Positions 57,345-64,000 of a stretch of DNA of 64,000 nucleotides are shown piece after piece. The stretch covers positions 4,192,001 through 4,256,000 of the forward strand of contig OZ223209.1 in NCBI GenBank assembly GCA_965140415.1, written 5' to 3'. Made by a program: the position numbers and the translations under genes. This stretch comes from Myxococcota bacterium (GTDB taxonomy: Bacteria; Myxococcota_A; SURF-8). Numbering within the stretch: the stretch's first letter is position 1; the number at the start of each line of letters is the position of its first letter. The notes under the pieces were generated by a model that saw only the letters and a list, made by a program, of their open reading frames with translations, was not told the DNA's origin and searched no databases.

Positions 57345-58364
57345 ATGCGCAAATCTTTTATTCTTCTTCTTCTTCTCCTTTTCCTTTTTTCCATTTCGCT
57401 GGTCACATCGACCGGCTGTAACCGTTTGATCAAAGATGATGATGTATATGCCGGCGATCCCGACCTGGAAGCGGAAACGGAAGCGGATTCCGATTCCACA
57501 GATGGCGACGAAGACGTTCCTGTCGTCGTAATCGATGGCGATGAAGAACATCAACTCGTGCGCATCGCCACCTACAACGTGCGCCGCTTCTTCGATACCG
57601 TTTGCGACAGCGGCTCCTGCGGCTACAACGAATACGAGCCCAATGTCTCCCAGCAACAGTTCGATAACAAGGCGGATTCTATTGAGTCTTCGATCGAGCG
57701 CATCGGAGCGGATATTCTGTTGTTGCAGGAAATCGAAACGGAAACCTGTTTGAATGCCCTTACGCAACGCCTTGGTGACCGCTACCCGGTAGCGTATCTT
57801 GGCGAAACCGGATACAACGCCTCGGTGGATGTCGCCGTTTTGGCCAAAGGGGAATTGCTGAACGTTTATACGCATCGCGAACAGCCGCTAGTTACCGATG
57901 GCACGGAAACGCTCTACTTCTCGCGGGAATTTCCAGAAATTCACCTGGCATTGTATGGCAAACGAGTAATCGTCTTTCCTGCTCATTTCAAATCCAAAAG
58001 CAGCGACGATCCCCAACGACGGCTTGCAGAAGCGCGCACGGCAGAGCAGATCGTCAGCGACGTGGCGGCCAGTCATACAAGCTCCCTGGTTGTCATGGGT
58101 GGAGACTTGAATGACACTCCCGGTTCCGATCCATTAAACGCATTGGAAGCAGGGGGAAAGCTGCTGCGCGTCGCCTCCGATCTGCTTACAGGCGAAGATG
58201 CCACCTATTACTACGATGGGCCGATCGCCCTGGATCATCTCTATCTGGCAACGGAAGCCGGGGGCGCTTACGTCTCTAAAAGCGCATACGTCGTATCGGA
58301 TGATTACTACTCGCTGGGGGATTCGGATCACGCCGCCTTGCGGGCGGATTTCTTACTTCCGTAA
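57345..58364 (+). CDS. Endonuclease/exonuclease/phosphatase-family lipoprotein
   Basis: GGAGG RBS; STGC; RIATYNV, LQEIE, HFKSK, GGDLND, LDH, SDH motifs. Confidence 0.9.
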   Translation: MRKSFILLLLLLFLFSISLVTSTGCNRLIKDDDVYAGDPDLEAETEADSDSTDGDEDVPVVVIDGDEEHQLVRIATYNVRRFFDTVCDSGSCGYNEYEPNVSQQQFDNKADSIESSIERIGADILLLQEIETETCLNALTQRLGDRYPVAYLGETGYNASVDVAVLAKGELLNVYTHREQPLVTDGTETLYFSREFPEIHLALYGKRVIVFPAHFKSKSSDDPQRRLAEARTAEQIVSDVAASHTSSLVVMGGDLNDTPGSDPLNALEAGGKLLRVASDLLTGEDATYYYDGPIALDHLYLATEAGGAYVSKSAYVVSDDYYSLGDSDHAALRADFLLP

Positions 58365-58512
58365 AAAGAGAAAAACCTGTCTTTTATATAAGTGCTTATT
58401 TGACTTCTGTATTCTTCTTTGAAGCGGCGAGGTGTAAACCCGCCGAAAAACATCGAAGTAACGGTGGGGTTACAACGAAAATCAACTGGCAAATTTGCTT
58501 AGTCAGTCTAAC

Positions 58513-60873
58513 TCAATTTCGTCCGAATGAACGCAGGCTTAACGCCGCCACCGCATAGCAAATCGCGGCCAGAATCAACACCATCTGAAAACCGACGCCC
58601 ATTGCCACTACAACCGCCAGAATCGAGGCGGTGACGGAACCGACGCCGTTCCAAGCCCAGTACATGCCCAGTTCCTGCTCGCCGCCATTGTTCAGCCTGC
58701 GAACCGCCTCGGGGAAGGCAACACCCATCAATACGGCAGCCGGAGCGATCAACAGCACGGCAATGGCCATGCGGGCCACCGCAGGCCAGGCGATCAGCGC
58801 CCGCAAAAACGGCGTCCCGAACGCCGCCCACAGCAGCAGGTATCCAACTAGAATCAACAGCACGGTCGGCACGGAAACCACACTGCGAATGCGTTCCACC
58901 AATAGCGAACCCAACCCACTGAACACCAGCACGGTAAACATGACGATACTCAACGCATAGGCGGGATGACCCAGGAACAAGACCAGCCGCTGGGAGAACG
59001 TCACTTCCACCAGCATGAATCCCAGTCCGATGGCCAGGAAATACAGCCAGCCGCCCAGTTGCGGACGCCCTTTCTGGAAGCGGAAGGACAGCACAAGCAG
59101 AATCACAGACGCCAGCAGCATTTCCATCAACAGCATGGCCAGAATCGTCTGACCGTCCAGGCCGTTGCCCCATCCGGTCAGGAAAGGCTGAAATTTGTAG
59201 AGGTTCTTCAGCTTGCGATGCTCGAAAAAGAAGGGGTTGTCATCCGTGGGTGCCGCGACATTGAACTCGTAGGCATCCAGCCAGCTCTTGCGATCCTTGG
59301 ATTCCAGATAGCTGGCATAGGGAGCCGCAGCCGGAATATCCTTGCCCGCCTGATAAAGGTAGGCATAGTTTTTATTCTTCACTTGCCGGTCGATGCGCGC
59401 CAGCTGCGTCACTTTAAACGGGGTTTTCTTGATCAGGATTACGGTAAATTCACCGGAACGCACGAAAAGAATGTGCTTCGCGGGATCTTTCACACCCAGT
59501 TTGGTCAACGCGTCCACCGCCAGGGTAAACAGGCGCATCGAAAAACGCGGCGTACCGTCTTTGCTGGGCCAGTACCAACGGGTAAGCGTCAACACCCCTT
59601 CCGGGTTCAAATGCTCGAAATAAGACTGAATCGCCTCGCCGGTGTACAGAAAATTTTCGGACAGCGCAAACGCACCGGCCTGGGTAGCGCTGTAGGTATC
59701 CACGCCGGAAAGCTGTACGATATCGTATTTGCGATTGCAGGACTCGACGAACCGACGCCCCTCGGCCAAGTGTCCATGGACGTTGGGCTGCGTATAAACA
59801 TTGCCGGAATACGCAGCCAAAGGACCGTGAAGCGCTTCGAAAATGCCGGGATTGATTTCGACCGCATCCACATAGCTTGCCCGATTGCGCAACGCGCCCC
59901 GAATGTCCATGCCGCCGCCGGACCCGATAATCAGCACCGAGGGTGTATCGAACAACGTGTACACCAGATACGCAGGCAGATAGTCGAGGAAGTCATAGTA
60001 ACCGGCATCCGGCTTGTCTTTGATGATGGTGGTGTAGGCCCAGTAATCGATCAGCACTGCCAGTCGTTCGGGATGAGGCCGGGAATACTTCGATGACAAC
60101 CCCCAAAGCCCCACGCCGTAATTATGCCAGATGTAGTTTTCGATGATATCGACTTTGGACAGGCTGGTCCATTCCGTATAAACCAGGTTTTCCTCGCCAC
60201 CGGCATAAGCGCTGGGTTTACTGAGCGGACTTTTCAGCGGGTACACGCTTTTCTGCAAGGGCAATGCCGCCAGCAGCAGAAGCGCCAAAAGCAGCGACGC
60301 CAGTGAAATCTTGCGCGCCATCGGCCAGCCGTACCAGAAACCGAGCAGAGGCAAAGCCGCGCTAAGCAGAATGAACGTACTCAGTCCACCACCCAGATCC
60401 AACAAACCGATCGCGACCAAACAGCCAAGACCGCTTCCCAGCAGGTTGGCGCCATATAGGCGGCGCACGTCACCCGGCCAGCGTTGCAACATATACAGAG
60501 TCGTCATCCCCATGAACACGAAAGGGATCACCAGCGCAACCGAAGCCAATATCAACTTGGCGGCCTCGCTGAAATTCTCCGTAATCACCAACGGCTCAAG
60601 CGGATGATGCGTAATGATGCCCATCGCAACCGCCAGGGCCAATCCACTGGTGGAAACACCCAGCGCAATCAATCGATCCGGTTCGGCGCGTTGAATGCTA
60701 GTGCGGAAAATGCGCATCAGCACCCCGGCAAGCCCAAAGCCCAGCATGGATGTAGAAAGAATCAGGAATCCGTAATGATACCAGAAGATCACGCTGAAAA
60801 TGCGCGTGATGGCGATTTCGCTGGCCAGCACGGCACAGGAAAACAGGGCTATGAGGATAATGCGTCGGTTCAT
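58513..60873 (-). CDS. Polytopic membrane protein with central spermidine-synthase-like SAM-binding domain
   Basis: N- and C-terminal TM bundles; LIIGSGGGMD, AVEINP, EGRRF, LSENFLYT.EA, HL..EG motifs. Confidence 0.85.
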   Translation of the reverse strand: MNRRIILIALFSCAVLASEIAITRIFSVIFWYHYGFLILSTSMLGFGLAGVLMRIFRTSIQRAEPDRLIALGVSTSGLALAVAMGIITHHPLEPLVITENFSEAAKLILASVALVIPFVFMGMTTLYMLQRWPGDVRRLYGANLLGSGLGCLVAIGLLDLGGGLSTFILLSAALPLLGFWYGWPMARKISLASLLLALLLLAALPLQKSVYPLKSPLSKPSAYAGGEENLVYTEWTSLSKVDIIENYIWHNYGVGLWGLSSKYSRPHPERLAVLIDYWAYTTIIKDKPDAGYYDFLDYLPAYLVYTLFDTPSVLIIGSGGGMDIRGALRNRASYVDAVEINPGIFEALHGPLAAYSGNVYTQPNVHGHLAEGRRFVESCNRKYDIVQLSGVDTYSATQAGAFALSENFLYTGEAIQSYFEHLNPEGVLTLTRWYWPSKDGTPRFSMRLFTLAVDALTKLGVKDPAKHILFVRSGEFTVILIKKTPFKVTQLARIDRQVKNKNYAYLYQAGKDIPAAAPYASYLESKDRKSWLDAYEFNVAAPTDDNPFFFEHRKLKNLYKFQPFLTGWGNGLDGQTILAMLLMEMLLASVILLVLSFRFQKGRPQLGGWLYFLAIGLGFMLVEVTFSQRLVLFLGHPAYALSIVMFTVLVFSGLGSLLVERIRSVVSVPTVLLILVGYLLLWAAFGTPFLRALIAWPAVARMAIAVLLIAPAAVLMGVAFPEAVRRLNNGGEQELGMYWAWNGVGSVTASILAVVVAMGVGFQMVLILAAICYAVAALSLRSFGRN

Positions 60874-60935
60874 CGATTTTGTGACTTTCTTTCCATTCCA
60901 ATCCTAGGGCCGCACCTGCCGCACCCGAAAGAAAC

Positions 60936-61784
60936 TTAATTCTTTTCTTTGTTGTCCACAGAAGGATCGTACACATCCGGCGGCAGTTCGCCGGTCAATC
61001 GTCCCCTGTCTTTATAGGCAAAGCCCAAAATGATAAGCCCGAACAGGAAAAACGGAATGCTGAGATACTGACCCATGGTGAGCGGGGAATTGTAGCTGAG
61101 TGTCTGGTACTCTTTGAAGAATTCGACGAAGAAACGACCGGAGAAGTAAAGCACCAATAGCAAGCCGATCAGCAACCCGCGCGGTCTTCTGTTGCCGAGT
61201 TTGTGATCGACGATATACAGCACGCCCAGGATAATCAATCCCATGGCGGCTTCGTATAGTTGCGACGGATGCCGGGCCAGTCTGCCGCCATCCCAACTGC
61301 GCGGAAACACCACCGCCCAGGGCAGATCGCTAGGGCGTCCGACGATCTCGGAGTTGAAGAAGTTTCCAATGCGCACGAACGTCGCGGCACACGCAGCAGT
61401 ATAGGAAGCGCCATCGGCCACGACCATCCAGGGAATACGCTTGGCAAAAGCGTAAGCGGTCACACCGAGAATAATACCGATCGTCCCGCCGTGACTGGCC
61501 AGTCCGCCCTTCCAGATATACAGAATTTCCATGGGGTTTGAGAGATAGCGCATGGGTTCGTAAAACAGGCAATGCCCCACGCGCGCACCGATAATCCCGA
61601 AAATCGTAAGCCAGTAGAAATATCCGTAGATTTTCTCTTCCGGATACTGTTTGCGCTGCATGAAATCTTTCCAGAAATGGAAACTGGTCAACAGCACTAC
61701 GGCAAACAGGATTCCGTAATAACGAATCTGTATCGGTCCCCAACGAAAAATAGTTGGATCGATATCCCATACCCAATGATCCAT
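60936..61784 (-). CDS. lgt: Prolipoprotein diacylglyceryl transferase
   Basis: IRYYG, GARVGH, W.GGLASHGG, RIGNFFNSEIVG, RHPSQLYEA, RFFVEF, MGQYLS. Confidence 0.96.
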   Translation of the reverse strand: MDHWVWDIDPTIFRWGPIQIRYYGILFAVVLLTSFHFWKDFMQRKQYPEEKIYGYFYWLTIFGIIGARVGHCLFYEPMRYLSNPMEILYIWKGGLASHGGTIGIILGVTAYAFAKRIPWMVVADGASYTAACAATFVRIGNFFNSEIVGRPSDLPWAVVFPRSWDGGRLARHPSQLYEAAMGLIILGVLYIVDHKLGNRRPRGLLIGLLLVLYFSGRFFVEFFKEYQTLSYNSPLTMGQYLSIPFFLFGLIILGFAYKDRGRLTGELPPDVYDPSVDNKEKN

Positions 61785-61829
61785 GAAATGGCTCTCCTTG
61801 CTATCACATTACGACGATGCGGACCGGCA

Positions 61830-62501
61830 TCAGGCGTCGTCTTCGAAATCGTCGGTCAGGCTCGAAATGTAGCGTTTGACATCTTGCTTGTTTTTTCGCG
61901 AATCGTATCGCAGTTCCACACCGAATCCCGGTGGATCGGCGGTTGCATCCGACCAGATCACGTTTCCTTCCAGCACCATGGGACGAAGGAATTGCGTGTC
62001 ATTCAGAAAGAAAATCAGCGGCTGCCCTTCTTCAAGCATGTGCTTGCTGCGAAAATGAACTCCCTTTGTGGACAGGTTGGCCACCGAAGCCTTGACAAGT
62101 TCATCTTTATATAAGTATTCGCAACCCAGCGACACCTTGACCCGGCGCTCTTCGCGATCGTCTCGGACGTGCATCAGACCATCTTGTTTTTCCACAACGA
62201 AGCGCAGCAAATCGGTAAGCGTTTTCTTTGAAGAAGAACGGAACTCGAAGCCGATTCCCGGTGGAAAGCTCGGCTTCATCGGCGGACTTGATTTGCGCCA
62301 GACCACGTTGGCATCCAGTTCAAAGGGCTCAGTATGGCCGACGAAACTAAAACGCACCGTAACCTGATTCTCCAGTTGAACGTTGTTTCCAACGACCCAC
62401 TGAAAACCGCCGATACCGACATCGGGCAGATAGTATTTCAGGAAATCCTGTCGATGCAGAAAGCGAATTTTGACCATTCTCTTGTTAAGAACTTTTGGCA
62501 T
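61830..62501 (-). CDS. Tandem PilZ-domain protein
   Basis: Domain 1 degenerate (DVGIGG, VVW, GIGFEF); domain 2 has REERR and NLSTKG, VIW, GFGVEL. Confidence 0.82.
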   Translation of the reverse strand: MPKVLNKRMVKIRFLHRQDFLKYYLPDVGIGGFQWVVGNNVQLENQVTVRFSFVGHTEPFELDANVVWRKSSPPMKPSFPPGIGFEFRSSSKKTLTDLLRFVVEKQDGLMHVRDDREERRVKVSLGCEYLYKDELVKASVANLSTKGVHFRSKHMLEEGQPLIFFLNDTQFLRPMVLEGNVIWSDATADPPGFGVELRYDSRKNKQDVKRYISSLTDDFEDDA

Positions 62502-62539
62502 GATACTAAACTCTCTCGCTTCAAATACAACAGGCTGAA

Positions 62540-62568
62540 AGTATAGTCCCGATAGTGCTTTTTTTCAA
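62540..62568 (-). promoter_or_regulatory. Putative sigma70 promoter of the PilZ gene
   Basis: Minus strand TTGAAA-17 nt-TATACT. Confidence 0.6.
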
Positions 62569-62615
62569 CCGTCCTGTTGACCTGTCAACAGATAACACTG
62601 AACTCCTAGCTCGAT

Positions 62616-63344
62616 TTATCCTACCTTCGGCAGCAATCGCATCGAATCGATGACCTCGGGGTCGTCTTCATCGATCACACGAATCGCTTCCATATTGGCT
62701 CGTCCCTTCATTTCGCTGAAGATTCCACGCTTTTTATGGAATGTCTTCGCGAATTCCATAGCGGCTTCGTTTACCCCCTCAACACCCTCTACGGTTTGGA
62801 TAATGCCTCCGGCAGCACACAGTTCCGGACCACCAACGCGCTTCCCGCATAGTGTCATTTCATACAGCTTGGAATAGGGAATGGCGCGCTTGACAATAGC
62901 CCACATTCCCGGCATGAACGGAATGCTGATATCCACTTCCGGGAAACAGAAGAAACCGCGATCCGAACGCATCAGGCGAAAATCGCAGGCACAGGCCATA
63001 ATCGCACCATCACCAAAGGCATGTCCTGAGATGGCTGCAATAATCGGAACCGGGAATATCAGCAGGCGCTTGAACAGATCGTCCAGTCGATACAGAAACT
63101 GCTTGACTTCACCATGCCTGGAAGAATCACCTAAAATCGGAATCATCCACTCCAGATCGATCCCCAAAGACCAGTTCTTTTGATCGCTGGAAGTTAAAAC
63201 CACCGCTTCAATTTCGGAATCGGCTTCGATCTCATCAAAAGCCGTCAGTATTTCTTCCAGAAATTCGGGATTATGCCGGTTTTCCGCCTGATCCATCACA
63301 AGTCGAGCTACGCTACCTTCTTTTTCCCAGAACACGATCGCCAT
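62616..63344 (-). CDS. Enoyl-CoA hydratase/isomerase family (delta3-delta2 isomerase-like)
   Basis: AGGAGG RBS; WSLGIDL, AAISGHAFGDG, CDFRLMRSDRGFFCFPEVDI. Confidence 0.9.
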   Translation of the reverse strand: MAIVFWEKEGSVARLVMDQAENRHNPEFLEEILTAFDEIEADSEIEAVVLTSSDQKNWSLGIDLEWMIPILGDSSRHGEVKQFLYRLDDLFKRLLIFPVPIIAAISGHAFGDGAIMACACDFRLMRSDRGFFCFPEVDISIPFMPGMWAIVKRAIPYSKLYEMTLCGKRVGGPELCAAGGIIQTVEGVEGVNEAAMEFAKTFHKKRGIFSEMKGRANMEAIRVIDEDDPEVIDSMRLLPKVG

Positions 63345-63639
63345 GTATCTTTCCTCCTACTAAAATCACGCAGAAATCTTCCGCGAATTCACACATAAAA
63401 TCTTTGGCAGCATACCCAAGCAAACACGATCTGTCCATTACATATATGTAAATAAACGCAGAGTAGACAACTGGATTCCGAATCCCGTGATTTTCCCGTT
63501 GGAGCCGAGTTCCCGTCCTGCTCCTTGTGTTTGTCTTGTGCAATCACGCTAACCGACTATTCGCTCTTGACGCCCACTCGCGCACATGTCAGGATACAAG
63601 TCACACAATTAACTAACCGCAACGAAGACGGACAAAGAA

Positions 63640-64000
63640 ATGCGAGTTAAATACGATATCCTTTTGATTTTCCTGCTTTTATTGCTCCCTATGACCGCCT
63701 TTGCGCAAACGGAGCAACCTGCACGGCAAAGCACCTCTGCCCTGCATGTACCGGACAACGACGTCTACCTGATTACACCGGAATTGTTCTCGATTCTCAG
63801 CCGGTATCGTGCGGGAGAAGCCTTCGAACCGCTGGGTGAAATCGAACAGGCGTTAAACAAGCGCGCCTATCTGCCGTCCCTGCATTTCTGGGCGGGCATG
63901 CGCGCCTTGGCGCTGGCATCGGCTCACCGGGATACGGACGCCTATGACGAAGCGGTGCAGCAGCACTTCAATCAATGTATCGAACGGGCCGAACGAGCGG
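63640..64000 (+). CDS. Partial secreted protein (runs off the window), possibly TPR-like
   Basis: Not in the ORF track. ATG 63640 gives MRVKYDILLIFLLLLLPMTAFA-QTEQ (signal peptide); frame open to the window end. Confidence 0.7.
   Translation, partial: MRVKYDILLIFLLLLLPMTAFAQTEQPARQSTSALHVPDNDVYLITPELFSILSRYRAGEAFEPLGEIEQALNKRAYLPSLHFWAGMRALALASAHRDTDAYDEAVQQHFNQCIERAERA

Noticed and set aside
46362-60096. Long antisense ORFs in the track (46362-47474, 49278-50624, 58966-60096; also 10668-11543, 43051-43842)
   Set aside because: They are shadows of well-supported genes on the opposite strand, with no motifs or RBS.
1-64000. Genome-wide TAG reassignment
   Set aside because: Conserved enzymes (thiolase 46041, ACAD 41753, FabH-like 31950) end at TAG at their expected C-termini.

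Overview
A gene-dense, moderately GC-rich bacterial chromosome segment with about 55 CDS. I found no rRNA, tRNA, CRISPR array, transposase, integrase or reverse transcriptase. A MYXO-CTERM-like sorting tail, an FHA-TPR protein, an MshEN-like protein, a tandem PilZ protein and many Cys-rich, acidic 'DGD'-repeat lipoproteins suggest a Myxococcota/deltaproteobacterium-like organism (inference). Contents: (i) 1-17 kb and 53-58 kb hold secreted or lipid-anchored hydrolases and orphans (FadL porin, SMP-30, FGE/CLec-fold lipoproteins, M4/M36-like protease, two arylsulfotransferases, ceramidase-like, EEP nuclease, a Cys-repeat protein). (ii) 17.7-22.7 kb is a compact ACP - HTH-like - BtrH - methyltransferase/ABC-ATPase fusion - ABC-2 permease operon. 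It resembles the accessory/export block of flexirubin/aryl-polyene clusters but has no ketosynthase, and is the best candidate for an undescribed system. (iii) Envelope housekeeping: lptFG, uppS-cdsA, fabH-like, lgt. (iv) 36-47.6 kb is a MerR-led short-chain acyl-CoA catabolic cluster: thl-hbd-crt, three acyl-CoA dehydrogenases, a B12 mutase with isobutyryl-CoA mutase signature residues, and a Cys-less thiolase-fold/DUF35 pair. Two recoding-type signals are hidden by the ORF track: an in-frame TAG 30 codons before the conserved end of an FGE/CLec lipoprotein (8550-8552), and a probable selenocysteine TGA plus SECIS-like hairpin at the end of an FmdB zinc-ribbon gene (35988-36020). All calls come from reading motifs by eye; no database searches were run.
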